A stretch of DNA of 64,000 bases from an uncultured Bacteroidales bacterium (GCA_963743775.1 CAVURA010000011.1:42864-106863), one strand, 5' to 3'. Shown: positions 9,825-20,100, counted from the first letter of the stretch. The notes: a model not told the origin generated them from the letters alone. Numbers and translations are program-made.

Positions 9825-10520
9825 TTAATTCTCTGCTTCAGCTTTCTTCTGCTCTTCGGCCAGCACAGCAATATCTTTTCCATATATGATGTTCTTGTCA
9901 TAATCATTTCTGACAAGCCTGATCATAGATAATCCAAGCTCTTCCATTGTGCTGAAATAATCCGGAGATAGCTTTTTCCCCAGCGGGAAGATCCAGTTTA
10001 CATATTTATAGAATGAAAGTGCATTCTTCTGACCCTTTGCGGGCCTGATCATTCCCGGCCGGTACCCGTATGCTTTTCTGAAGGGCAGCTTCCTCAGGTC
10101 ATTCTCTGTTTTTCCCTTAATTCTCGCCCATTTGACCCTGCCTTTCTCCGTACCGTCGGTGCCGGCCCCGGCGACATATACAAAGACCATATCCCTGTTC
10201 AGCCTGCTTACAGTCTCTCCGAAATGCATCGTCAGAGTATATGTTACCTTGTAATACTCATCACCTTTCACCGCCACTGATGATACGCCGAGGCAGAAGA
10301 AGCAGGCATCATATCCTGCCAGTTGCGACTCAACGGGAGAGAGATCATAAAAGTCGGTATGAATTATCTCCGTCAGCTTCGGATGTGTCATTCCAAGCGG
10401 TTTCCTGTTGATCACAAGTACTTTTTCCACGGAGGGATCCTGCAGGCATACGAGAAGCACGCCTTCCCCGACCATCCCGGTCGATCCGGTGATGATGACT
10501 TTTAATCCTTTGTTTTCCAT
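9825..10520 (-). CDS. NAD(P)H-binding (atypical SDR / epimerase-like) protein
   Basis: An N-terminal Rossmann motif is present (VIITGSTGMVGEGV). The size is 231 aa. Confidence 0.65.
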   Translation of the reverse strand: MENKGLKVIITGSTGMVGEGVLLVCLQDPSVEKVLVINRKPLGMTHPKLTEIIHTDFYDLSPVESQLAGYDACFFCLGVSSVAVKGDEYYKVTYTLTMHFGETVSRLNRDMVFVYVAGAGTDGTEKGRVKWARIKGKTENDLRKLPFRKAYGYRPGMIRPAKGQKNALSFYKYVNWIFPLGKKLSPDYFSTMEELGLSMIRLVRNDYDKNIIYGKDIAVLAEEQKKAEAEN

Positions 10521-10615
10521 AAAATGTCAATATTTTTTGCCGTAACAAATTAACAATAAAATGAATACTTTTAGGGTATAAAACCGAAGTATTAAGACAC
10601 ATATTCCGGGACTTC

Positions 10616-12152
10616 ATGAACAATCTATCAAAACCTGATTATCCGAAGATATTTATTACTGTCCTGCGGATGGCCATCGGATGGCATTTCCTGTATGAGG
10701 GCGTTTCCAAGCTCATTATAAAAGACTGGACATCATTTTCGTACCTGGCAAATTCGACAGGGCCATTTTCGGGTTTTTATCACTGGCTGTCATCATCCGG
10801 GGCCCTGTTGCAGGCCGTTGATTGGCTGAATATCGGAGGACTGATACTGATCGGGCTTGCGTTGGTCACCGGGTTGGTGCCACGTGTCGCCTCTGTTGCC
10901 GGCGTGCTGCTTCTGACACTTTATTATTTTGCATATCCGCCTTTCGGAGACACTCTCCTCAGCTCTTCCGAGTCTCATCTTTACATAATTGACAGGAACT
11001 TCATTGAGGCTGCAGCCCTGATGGTTCTGATTCTCCTTAAGGAGACGGGGTACGGCATAGACAACCTTATAAAAAATGCCCGTGACAGGAGAGCCGAAAA
11101 GAAAAACCTTGCTGAGGCGAAGGTGGAACACTCTGACTCGCGTCGGGATGTGATCAGGAACCTGGCTTCAGTGCCTTTTCTCGGTTTAATGGGATGGGGT
11201 GCAGTCAGCACAAATAAAAAATACGGCATTGACGCTCTGTCAGGCGCGACCATAAAGATTGACAGTGCAGCCCTGGGCGAGCTGAAGGGGAAACTGCCTC
11301 TGGGAAAGATCGGCAATCATGAGATCAGCAGGCTCATCATGGGAGGTAACCTGATAGGAGGGTGGGCACATTCGCGTGATCTTATCTATGTGAGTTCACT
11401 TTTCAGAGCCTACAACACCGAAAGGAAGATTTACGAGACCCTGATTCTGTGCTGAAAATGCCGGGATAAACACAATCAACATCGGTTTTCCGACAAATGC
11501 GCTGATGGCAAAATATAAAAGAAACACAGGCAGCAAGCTGAAGGTGATCTCACAGGTTGCCCCGAACATGGAGACGGGAGACTGGTACGAACAGATCAAC
11601 AAGGCGATTGATTTTGGTGCTGACATTCTCCAGGTGCAGGGCAACTGGTGCGACTGGCTTGTAAGGGATAAAAAACCGGAGGTCATTGCAGCCATGCTTG
11701 AAAAGATCCGTTCGCAGGGGTATATCGCCGGACTGGCGGCGCATACAGTTGATTCGCTCATATACTGTGAGGAACTGGGCATCATTCCGGATTACTATAT
11801 GAAAGCCATGCATCACGATAACTACTGGTCGGCTCATCCACGTGAGAACAGGGTGGCGTTTGAGGTTGACGGCATCAGGTACGCTGATCATAATAAGTTT
11901 CATGATAATATTTTTGACCTTTTCCCCGACCGTACGGTTGAGTTCATCAACAGGGTAAAAATCCCGGTGATGGGATTTAAAGTGCTGGCTGCCGGTGCCA
12001 TAGCTCCCGAGGACGGCATCAGGTATGCCTTTGAGAACGGCGCTGACTTTGTTTGTCTCGGTATGTTCGATTTTCAGGTAATAAAAGACATAAACTTCTG
12101 TCTTGATGTTCTGGCAGACCTCGGCAAGCGCCGCAGAGAATTTTACGGGTGA
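10616..12152 (+). pseudogene. DoxX-family membrane domain fused to an uncharacterised soluble domain; reading frame broken by a 1-nt shift near 11445..11455
   Basis: ORF 10616..11455 ends ...ETLILC*. The frame of ORF 11505..12152 is open from 11445 and reads FCAENAGINTINIGFPTNALMAKYK..., so the two ORFs join into one protein if 1 nt is removed. The N-terminus has a DoxX-like pattern (LRMAIGWHFLYEGVSKL plus several TM helices). Confidence 0.6.
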
Positions 12153-12210
12153 AGAGTATAAAAAATAACTCTCCCCACCCGTAACTGAACTTTAATCTAA
12201 AAAGCAGATC

Positions 12211-13553
12211 TCAGATTCCTGCTACCACCACATCATCAAACACCAGGCTCGGAAGTCTTGCCTGGCTGTAGATCCATGGATCGTTTGCCACTTCCACCAG
12301 TTTATTCCAGAAGTTAAGGTGGTTATCTGCTATGTTCATTTCAGCCACATTCTGGACGAACTGGCCTTTTTCGAACAGTTTGCCGATTATCCCCACAGAG
12401 AAATCACCTGTGGTGGAATTGGAATTTCCTCCGATATAACCTGTAATCAGGATACAGCGGGGCAGGTCTTTAATAATGGCCTCAACGCTGCGCGTTCCCG
12501 GAGGAATTATCAGGTTGCCGATCGATCCGGAAGTGGGCTCCCATCCCAGTTTGCGGCTATAGTACCAGTCGACCAGGAATTCATTCACAGTGCCTTCAGA
12601 AAGGAGGTTGCGTTTTCTGGCCGGAAATCCGTCACCATCGTAATACCTTGAACCAAGACCTCGGGGAATGAACGGATCATCAATCACTGTCAGAAGCTTG
12701 CTTCCTATTGATTTCCCTTTTTTATCTGCCAGGAATGATCTTTTCTGCTGGATGCTGCCTGCGGACATAGGATCAAAAAGACCACCCAGCACACGGCCAG
12801 CACCCTGGTTCTCAAGGATAATCGGAAGCTTTGTGGTTGGAATTTTCTTCCCGCCCATGAGATCAAGTGTTCTGATTGCCGCCACAGTTCCGATTTCTTC
12901 CAGCGGCGGCAGGTCGCTTCTGTATCTGCAGCCGATGTAATTATATCCTGCCGGACGGCGGTCACCCTCATCCTGTGCTGTCATTGAGGCTCCCACATTG
13001 GCAATAGGTGCTTTTATTTGAACCTTCAAAGCCGTTGCTTGATTTTATGTATTCCTCATATGACTCATCATACTCTCCGGCTTCCACGGAGATAACCTTA
13101 TCGCCTCCTTTTTCCAGGCAGGCTTCTTCAACGACTTTGGTCATACTGTGCCTGTCTTCAGGGGTCAACTGAGGAATAATCCGGGTCGGTCAGCTGAAGA
13201 TCTACTGTCGACCTTCCTTCATAGTATTTCGGATCAGGAAGAGTGCGGAACGGATCTTCCTCCATGATACCGGCGCTTTCGATCAGGCCGGTGATAAATC
13301 CTTCCAGGGTCGACTGGCGGAAGTCAGGTGTTGACTGCCCGGCAAACCGGTTATTGATGAATACCTCAAGATACAGCCCCTGGGTTGTGGCTTCCTTGAT
13401 GACTTCGGGTTTACGGTCACGGTAATTTATCTCCACGAGCCGTCTCTTTGAGATATTGACCCTGCAGTCACCGGCTCCGGCTTTCATAGTCCGGCTTATC
13501 ACCCAGTCAGCGAGTTCCGGGAAGCTCATTTGTTTATTTTTAATGTTTGTCAT
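12211..13553 (-). pseudogene. PmbA/TldE-family protein (TldD partner), split into three ORFs by two frameshifts
   Basis: Three consecutive ORFs (13158..13553, 12968..13168, 12211..13029) read as one PmbA-like protein: MTNIKNKQMSFPELADWV... / TPEDRHSMTKVVEEA... / VQIKAPIANVGASMTAQDEG...GDFSVGIIG.... The frame changes at about 13168 and about 13027. The ATG overlaps the tldD stop (ATGA at 13550..13553). Confidence 0.75.
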
Positions 13554-15094
13554 GACTGGCCTCCTTTCTGTTGTGTGCCACCTACGGTAAGTGATTTGAC
13601 CAGGCAGGTAGGCAGTCCGAATGACACCGGAACACCCTGCCCGTTTTTGCCGCACTGTCCGGCTCCCCCAAGGCTCATTTCAAGATCATTTGCTGCCATG
13701 GTAATGTTGGCAAGCATTTTCGGACCATTGCCCATTATGTTCACATCCTTGATCGGTGCTGTCAGTTTGCCGTTTTCAATCATTCTTCCCTGTGAGACAT
13801 AGAAGGCAAAATCACCCTCGCCGATCTTCACCTGGCCGTTGCTTACATCCTCAACATAGATGCCGTTGCCTGCTTCTCTGATTACGTCTTCAGGTGTAGC
13901 GTTGCCTCCCAGCATGTACGTATTACGCATACGCGGAACAGGATAATTCTGGAAGTCCTGCCTGCGGCCGTTGCCGGTCGGTTCAACTCCGTAGTATTTT
14001 GCAGAAATCTTATCATGTAAATAGCTGGTAAGAATGCCGTTTTCGACCAGAACGGTCTTTTTACCCGGATTTCCTTCATCATCCACGTTTAAACTGCCTG
14101 CAAGGTTCATATTGGTTCCGTCGTCAATGATTGTCACAAAAGGCTCGGCTACTTTTTTGCCCAGCATGGTGCTAAACGTTGATATCTTTTTACGGTTGAA
14201 ATCAGCTTCCATGCCATGTCCGATGGCCTCGTGAAGCAGGATTCCGGTTATGCCGGGTCCCAGCACCACAGGCATTTCTCCTGCCGGCGGCTGTATGGCA
14301 TCAAACAGTTTCAGGGCATTGTTAACGGATTTCTGTGCTACCTGATTGATCACTTCGTCAGTATAAAATGAAAGATCACGACGGCCGCCAAGGTTATAGA
14401 ATGCCTGTTCTCGTTTTCCATTTCTTTCTGCCACCACAGAGGAATAGATGAATCCGCCAGGGATTACATCTTCTGCCATAACCCCGTCGCTTGTAGCAAC
14501 GAGTATTCTTTTTGCGCTGCTCTGGAATCCGGCATTCACCTTAACGATTTCCGGAGACAGGGCAAAGCATTTCTGGTTAATCTCCTGCAGCAGCGGCAGT
14601 TTTGATTTTGCGGCTATGCCATCAAATTCAGCGGCGACCGGGTAATAGTTTCCTGTTTGCACCCGGCTGAACGATGATCCTATCTCAGTGGCATTCATAT
14701 CGCACAGTGTTGAGGCTGTGGTTGCCGCTGACATCATCGATTCCTCGGTGAGTTCCTGTGTAAAGCCATAGCCGATCTGATCGCCTTTGACGGTCCGGAT
14801 ACCAACGCCTAGTGAAATGTCACCATACGACTGGTTCACCTTGCCATCTTCCAGGCCAATGTAGTTTGATACGGTGAACTCAAAAAAGAGATCAGCAAAA
14901 TCACCGCCTCTCGACAGTGCTTTTGCCAGCAGTTTACGGCAGAGTGTTTCATCAATTCCGAATTCGTTCAGAAAGTAATTTCCGGTTGAACTTGTGTCCA
15001 GAAATTTGCATGCTTTCAATCCGGGAAGGAGAAACAATGCCCCGCCAGCCAGGGCAGTGCCCTGAATAAATTTTCTTCGCGGAATAAGTTTCAT
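13550..15094 (-). CDS. tldD: TldD-family metallopeptidase with twin-arginine signal
   Basis: The HExxxH motif is in TldD context (LLHEAIGHGMEADFN). The C-terminal glycine-rich segment is GGAGQCGKNGQGVPV. The N-terminus has a Tat-type signal (RRKFIQGTALAGGALFL). Confidence 0.85.
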   Translation of the reverse strand: MKLIPRRKFIQGTALAGGALFLLPGLKACKFLDTSSTGNYFLNEFGIDETLCRKLLAKALSRGGDFADLFFEFTVSNYIGLEDGKVNQSYGDISLGVGIRTVKGDQIGYGFTQELTEESMMSAATTASTLCDMNATEIGSSFSRVQTGNYYPVAAEFDGIAAKSKLPLLQEINQKCFALSPEIVKVNAGFQSSAKRILVATSDGVMAEDVIPGGFIYSSVVAERNGKREQAFYNLGGRRDLSFYTDEVINQVAQKSVNNALKLFDAIQPPAGEMPVVLGPGITGILLHEAIGHGMEADFNRKKISTFSTMLGKKVAEPFVTIIDDGTNMNLAGSLNVDDEGNPGKKTVLVENGILTSYLHDKISAKYYGVEPTGNGRRQDFQNYPVPRMRNTYMLGGNATPEDVIREAGNGIYVEDVSNGQVKIGEGDFAFYVSQGRMIENGKLTAPIKDVNIMGNGPKMLANITMAANDLEMSLGGAGQCGKNGQGVPVSFGLPTCLVKSLTVGGTQQKGGQS

Positions 15095-15207
15095 TTTTAA
15101 TGGATAAAAATTTATCCACTAATTTATGAAAATATTTACCAGGGCAGATTATTTTTCTGTGACATTTTTCCAGGACCTGATTATCAATTCACGATGTGCA
15201 GTAAATG

Positions 15208-16449
15208 TCAATCAGCCTGCTGCTTTTCAGAAGATTTACTCAGAAATGATGATTCTCTCAGCCTCAGTGTGGCAAGGAAGCTTAAGACCATCAAACTTAT
15301 CATTAAGATCAAAGGCTTTGTCATTGACCCTGTCGCGACAGATTTGAAGCTGTCCATCCCGAAAATAAATGCAATTCCGGAGATCTGTCCCATGAGCAGC
15401 AGAAATCCGTTTGAAGTTCCTTCGGAGACAGGATAAGTTACCTCGGCACCGTACTGGAATCCAATGGGACCTGAGCTGAGCAGGAAAAACCCGAATGCAC
15501 CTCCGGAAACCAGAAGTAACCAGTATTCAGTTGCGAATGTAAGACCTGCCAGGCTTATTGTTGCACCTCCCAGGGCAAGGATGATGAAAGGAATCCTTCT
15601 TTTATAATGATCTGATAGCATGGGTATTACAATTGCACCTATCAACCCTCCGACAATCATTAGCCCTCCGGTGATTCCTGCCTGTTCAGAGGAAAATCCA
15701 CGAGGGTAAACAATGTTTTCAATCCAGGTTGTAACTGCATTGAACACTCCCAGTCCGACGAAAAAGATAAACATAAGCCAGTTAAAGTCTTTCTTGCGAA
15801 AAATCAGTTTCAGTCCGTCAATAGCCAGAGCCCGTTCTTCCTGGTAGCTATGACAGGGCGGTGTAAGCGGGCGCTCTTTGGCCAGCACAAAAAAAGTTAC
15901 AGCCGCCACTGCTGAAACAACCCCGTACGTTGTAAGCATACCGTCAATTCCTGCCCAGTTTACAAGAAAAGGAGTGAGGATCATAGCGATAAGTATCCCC
16001 AGGTACATAGCCAGTGTTCCAAGTCCTGAGGCGGTTGCCCTTTCCTTGATCGGGAACCACCTGGCAGCTACCTTGGTGATGGCATTCAGTATGAACGGCT
16101 GTCCGATGGCTATTCCTATCTGTGAAACCAGGATCATTGTGTAGCTGGACGGGACCAGGCCGCGTAATAAGCCAAATATCCCTGTAAATGCAACCCCAAC
16201 CCCGACACCGGCTCGGATGCCGTATGTATCTATAAAATATGATGCAGGAATTGATACAATGAGGTAGACAACCATGAAGCACATCGAGAGGATACCGATC
16301 TTCAGATCAGAAACGCCGTAAAACTGTGTTGCATCACTTGTGATTGGTGCAAAAGTGATCCACAGCATCTGATTGACAGCTGTAATAAACATATATACCC
16401 CCAGCATTACCCAACGGTAACCGTAGACTTTGAAATCTTCATTTTGCAT
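15208..16449 (-). CDS. MFS transporter
   Basis: The protein is 413 aa with about 12 hydrophobic helices. It has an MFS loop motif-like sequence (GIRAGVGVG) and an overall two-times-six helix layout. Confidence 0.75.
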   Translation of the reverse strand: MQNEDFKVYGYRWVMLGVYMFITAVNQMLWITFAPITSDATQFYGVSDLKIGILSMCFMVVYLIVSIPASYFIDTYGIRAGVGVGVAFTGIFGLLRGLVPSSYTMILVSQIGIAIGQPFILNAITKVAARWFPIKERATASGLGTLAMYLGILIAMILTPFLVNWAGIDGMLTTYGVVSAVAAVTFFVLAKERPLTPPCHSYQEERALAIDGLKLIFRKKDFNWLMFIFFVGLGVFNAVTTWIENIVYPRGFSSEQAGITGGLMIVGGLIGAIVIPMLSDHYKRRIPFIILALGGATISLAGLTFATEYWLLLVSGGAFGFFLLSSGPIGFQYGAEVTYPVSEGTSNGFLLLMGQISGIAFIFGMDSFKSVATGSMTKPLILMISLMVLSFLATLRLRESSFLSKSSEKQQAD

Positions 16450-16538
16450 AAACGTACTGGTTAAAGTGCCTGCAAACTTAAAATAAAAAATCTGTTCCGG
16501 TAATACCTTACCGGATCATGTCATAAAAGACGATCGGG

Positions 16539-16568
16539 TTCTGTCGGTTAAAAGATGCCGTCTGTCGG
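16539..16568 (+). promoter_or_regulatory. Direct repeat TCTGTCGG x2 (9-bp units, 12-bp spacer), candidate LytTR-type operator
   Basis: ttctgtcgg (16539..16547) and gtctgtcgg (16560..16568) have starts 21 nt apart. They lie about 30 nt upstream of the putative -33 box of the tolC-macAB-lytS/lytTR operon. Confidence 0.35.
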
Positions 16569-16597
16569 CATACTGACCCTGTGCGTCTAAAAGATTT

Positions 16598-16626
16598 TTT
16601 GCAGGGTATCGCCCATTATACTTTTG
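16598..16626 (+). promoter_or_regulatory. Bacteroidota-type promoter (-33 TTTG / -7 TAnnTTTG) for the efflux operon
   Basis: TTTG lies at 16598..16601 and TACTTTTG at 16619..16626, with a 17-nt spacer. The motifs sit just upstream of the ATGs at 16634 and 16646. Confidence 0.4.
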
Positions 16627-16645
16627 TCTCATCATGTTTTGTAAA

Positions 16646-17968
16646 ATGAAAAGGATGAGAACAAAATTATTTATTACGGCAGCAGGAATGCTCCTGGCTG
16701 TTTTGCCTGTTTCTGCCCAGCAGAAGGAGTGGACGCTTACCGAATGCATTGATTATGCCCTGAACGAGAACATACAGGTGCGCAAGGCAGGCGTTTCCGC
16801 CAGTGTGGGTGAGATTAACCTTCAGCAGGCGAAGGACGACCGCTGGCCCGATCTGAGTGCTTCGGCAGGTGAGAGCCTGGGATGGCAGCAGATTACTGAT
16901 GATAACGATGTGAGCCTGCTTGAGGGTTCATCAAGGACCAGCCTCTCTGTGGGAAGCAGTGTGAGTCTCTTCAACGGTTTTCAGGCGCAGAACGGCATCA
17001 GGCAGGCGGAGCTTAATTATAAAGGATTGCAGTACAGTACCGAGGAGACAAAAGAGAACGTCACCCTGAGTATAATGAGCGCCTTTCTGCAGGTGCTTTA
17101 TGCAGAAGAGCAGATAAACAACAGCCGTAACCAGGTTGATGCCACGCGTGAGGAGCTGGCTCTGGCAAAAGAGAGGTATGCTCTCGGGGCCATCGCCAAC
17201 AGTGATTACCTCCAGGTCAAAACGCAGCTTGCAAGCGAAGAGCTGACGCTTGCCAATGCCATCAACACACTTGACATGGCAAAGGTAACACTGATGCAGC
17301 TGATGGAGCTGCCTGCAGGTGACACCTTTGAAATAGTCCGCCCCGATATTGATGCAATCATTTCAACCACACCTGCCGCTGATGCCGCTGATGTTTACGC
17401 TGAGGCCCTGGCGGTCAAGCCGCAGGTAAAGTATGCAGAAATCAATAAGGAGAGCGCGGTCATCGATCTCGATCTCGCAAAGGGAGGCTATTATCCTTCG
17501 TTGTCATTGAATGCCGGTGTGAACACTGCCTTTGCCGAGGCAGCATTTATGGGTTCGGAGATAAAGAACAACTTTGCGTCATCGGTCGGACTGTCTTTGT
17601 CAGTACCAATCTTTTCGAACAACCGGAACAAGTCGTCAGTATCAAAGGCAAAGGCGGGAATAACAACCGCCGAGCTTGATGAGCTCAATACAAAGAATCA
17701 GCTTCGCAAGGAGATCGAACAGGCGTGCCTCGATGCACGGTCCGCAGCCATAAGCTTTAATGCAGCAGTCAACCAGTATGAGGCATCCCTTGAATCATAC
17801 AATGTGGCCGAGGAGAAATTCAAACTCGGTGCAATGAACTCCGTCGACTTCCTGATACAGAAAACAAACATGACCTCCTCGGAAAGCAACCTGCTGCAGG
17901 CAAAATATGAACTTGTCTACAGCTATAAGATCATCGACTTCTACAGGGGAGTCCCGCTTTCGTTTTAG
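16646..17968 (+). CDS. TolC-family outer-membrane efflux protein
   Basis: A signal peptide ends VSAQQ. The protein has TolC-type tandem repeat architecture (LTLTECIDYALNENIQV...; second half ...YELVYSYKIIDFYRG). I moved the start to ATG 16646 (MKRMRTK) because the predicted promoter would leave ATG 16634 leaderless. Confidence 0.8.
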   Translation: MKRMRTKLFITAAGMLLAVLPVSAQQKEWTLTECIDYALNENIQVRKAGVSASVGEINLQQAKDDRWPDLSASAGESLGWQQITDDNDVSLLEGSSRTSLSVGSSVSLFNGFQAQNGIRQAELNYKGLQYSTEETKENVTLSIMSAFLQVLYAEEQINNSRNQVDATREELALAKERYALGAIANSDYLQVKTQLASEELTLANAINTLDMAKVTLMQLMELPAGDTFEIVRPDIDAIISTTPAADAADVYAEALAVKPQVKYAEINKESAVIDLDLAKGGYYPSLSLNAGVNTAFAEAAFMGSEIKNNFASSVGLSLSVPIFSNNRNKSSVSKAKAGITTAELDELNTKNQLRKEIEQACLDARSAAISFNAAVNQYEASLESYNVAEEKFKLGAMNSVDFLIQKTNMTSSESNLLQAKYELVYSYKIIDFYRGVPLSF

Positions 17969-17998
17969 TGAATAATCAACAACAAAAAGTATAAATCA

Positions 17999-19345
17999 AT
18001 GAAAATGAACAGAGTTATTATAAGCAGTGCAGTGCTGACAGTGGCAGCAGTAACAATTCTGGCTATCCATGGCTGCAAAAAGAGTCAGGCATATACCTTC
18101 GAAACAGCAACTGTGCAGAAGGGTTCCGTGACAAACACGGTAACTGCCACAGGCACACTGGAAGCCATTACCTCGGTGGTGGTCGGAACACAGGTATCAG
18201 GCATAGTGGAAAAGCTTTACGTTGACTTTAACTCACCTGTAAAGAAAGGTCAGATCCTTGCCGAGCTTGATAAGGTGGCCCTTAATTCACAGGTAGATCA
18301 GGCAAATGCTACTCTTGAGAGCGCAAAGGCTGAGACAGAGTATCAGCAGTCAAACTTTGAACGTTCGAAAGCGCTATTTGAAAAAAACCTGGTAGCTCAG
18401 GCTGACTATGACCTGGCAAAATACAATTATGAGAAGTCAAAAGCTACGCTTAAGAACGCAAAGGCCAACTATGACAAGGCCATTGTAAATCTTAAATATG
18501 CAACCATTTACTCTCCCATAGACGGTGTTGTGATGAACAGGGCTGTTGATGAAGGGCAGACTGTTGCCGCGAGCTTCAACACTCCGGAGATCTTTACAAT
18601 CGCACAGGATCTCACACAGATGCAGGTTGAGGCTGATATAGATGAAACGGACATCGGCACGGTAAAGGAAGGTCAGAGGGTAGAGTTCGATGTGGATGCT
18701 TTCCCGGACGAGAAATTCACCGGTACAGTGATGCAGATCAGGCTTTCGCCTGTCACAACATCAAATGTGGTCACATATACGGTTGTTATCAATGCTCCGA
18801 ATCCTGATCAGAAGCTTCTGCCTGGGATGACTGCCAACCTGGTGATCTATGTCGAAGAAACCAATGATGTGCTTACCATTCCTTACAAGGCTGTCAAATT
18901 CACTCCCGAAGCTGAATACCTGGCAAAGATGGGTAAGGAAAAGACGTCAGGGGGCACCATGCCGGTCAGATCAGCAGGTGGCAGCAAAATACCTTCAGGG
19001 GCTGCCGCGAGAGGCAATGCAGGTGGTACTCCAACCGGTGGATCAGCGCAGGGAATGCCCTCAGGCCAGATGCCGGAAGGAGTTACACTGCCTGCAGGTG
19101 CTAAAATGCCAACAATGGTATGGATCAAGGATAATGAAGGTATCCACCCTGCACCGGTCAAGCTGGGCACTAACGACGGTGACAATGCCGAGGTAAAGTC
19201 AGGACTGAAGGAAGGCGATGAGGTTGTTACAAAGATGACTCTTGCATCCACAAAGAATAAAGAAAAAGAGGTTTCATCCAATCCATTTATGCCTCAACGT
19301 CCCGGTGCTCAGAACAACAAGAAAAAAACCACAACAAAAAGCTGA
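17999..19345 (+). CDS. macA: MacA-like periplasmic adaptor (HlyD/MFP family) with a G/P/A-rich insertion
   Basis: There is a lipobox-like AIHGC. The biotinyl-lipoyl-like segment (VGTQVSGIVEKLYVDFNSPVKKGQILAELD), coiled-coil hairpin and beta-barrel segments are present. It is followed by MacB-type ATPase and permease genes. Confidence 0.8.
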   Translation: MKMNRVIISSAVLTVAAVTILAIHGCKKSQAYTFETATVQKGSVTNTVTATGTLEAITSVVVGTQVSGIVEKLYVDFNSPVKKGQILAELDKVALNSQVDQANATLESAKAETEYQQSNFERSKALFEKNLVAQADYDLAKYNYEKSKATLKNAKANYDKAIVNLKYATIYSPIDGVVMNRAVDEGQTVAASFNTPEIFTIAQDLTQMQVEADIDETDIGTVKEGQRVEFDVDAFPDEKFTGTVMQIRLSPVTTSNVVTYTVVINAPNPDQKLLPGMTANLVIYVEETNDVLTIPYKAVKFTPEAEYLAKMGKEKTSGGTMPVRSAGGSKIPSGAAARGNAGGTPTGGSAQGMPSGQMPEGVTLPAGAKMPTMVWIKDNEGIHPAPVKLGTNDGDNAEVKSGLKEGDEVVTKMTLASTKNKEKEVSSNPFMPQRPGAQNNKKKTTTKS

Positions 19346-19347
19346 AT

Positions 19348-20088
19348 ATGAGCACTATAATAGACATATCCTCGCTGAAGAAGGATTATTACGTCGGAGA
19401 GGTGACGGTACATGCCCTGAGAGGTGTCGATTTGCAAATATCACAGGGTGAGTTTGTAGCCATCATGGGTGCGTCAGGGTCAGGCAAGTCGACGATGCTG
19501 AATATCATCGGTTGTCTTGACAGACCTACGTCAGGTACCTATTTGCTGGACGGAATAAATGTGGCAGAGATGTCGAAGAATGAGAGGGCTGCCATCCGTA
19601 ACCGCAAGATTGGTTTTGTTTTCCAGTCGTATAACCTGCTCTCGCGCACCTCAGCACTTGAGAATGTGGAGTTGCCGCTTATGTATAACCCCAATATAAG
19701 TGCTAAGGAGCGTAAGGAGAGAGCAATTGCTTCACTGGAAGCCGTGGGCCTGCAGGACAGGTTGGATCACATGCCGAACCAGCTCTCCGGAGGTCAGCAG
19801 CAGAGGGTAGCCATAGCACGCTCGCTCGTAAATGATCCTGTTGTAATTCTTGCCGATGAGGCAACAGGTAACCTTGATACGCGAACATCGTACGAGATCA
19901 TGGCTCTTTTGCAGGAATTGAATGAAAAGGGCAAGACGATAGTATTTGTTACACACGAACCGGATATTGCCCGCTGTATGTCACGAAGCATCGTTTTCCG
20001 CGACGGACATATCATCAGGCAGGAAGAGGTTAAGAACCGGCTTATAGCAGTGGAAACACTGAAAGCATTACCGGTAGAAGAGGATTAA
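19348..20088 (+). CDS. MacB/LolD-type ABC transporter ATP-binding protein
   Basis: Walker A is GASGSGKST, the ABC signature is LSGGQQQRVAIARSL, and Walker B is ILADEATGNLD. Confidence 0.9.
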   Translation: MSTIIDISSLKKDYYVGEVTVHALRGVDLQISQGEFVAIMGASGSGKSTMLNIIGCLDRPTSGTYLLDGINVAEMSKNERAAIRNRKIGFVFQSYNLLSRTSALENVELPLMYNPNISAKERKERAIASLEAVGLQDRLDHMPNQLSGGQQQRVAIARSLVNDPVVILADEATGNLDTRTSYEIMALLQELNEKGKTIVFVTHEPDIARCMSRSIVFRDGHIIRQEEVKNRLIAVETLKALPVEED

Positions 20089-20100
20089 AAAAACAGGATT

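Noticed and set aside
11441-11456. Programmed +1 frameshift (prfB-like) at TGC-TGA-A in the DoxX-fusion gene, and programmed -1 shift at 35650..35662 in the flippase
   Set aside because: There is no upstream SD-like stimulator. The P-site codon TGC cannot re-pair in the +1 frame (GCT). There is no X-XXY-YYZ slippery heptamer at the flippase site. A simple indel is more parsimonious.
13554-13655. N-terminal 34-codon extension of the PmbA-like ORF, and the first 21 codons of the tricorn ORF (9327..9389), first 19 of dnaE (58609..58665), first 10 of 60033..60062 and first 12 of 36529..36564
   Set aside because: These extensions either overlap the upstream gene or precede a much better start that yields a canonical N-terminus (signal peptide, PHP motif, or ATGA coupling).
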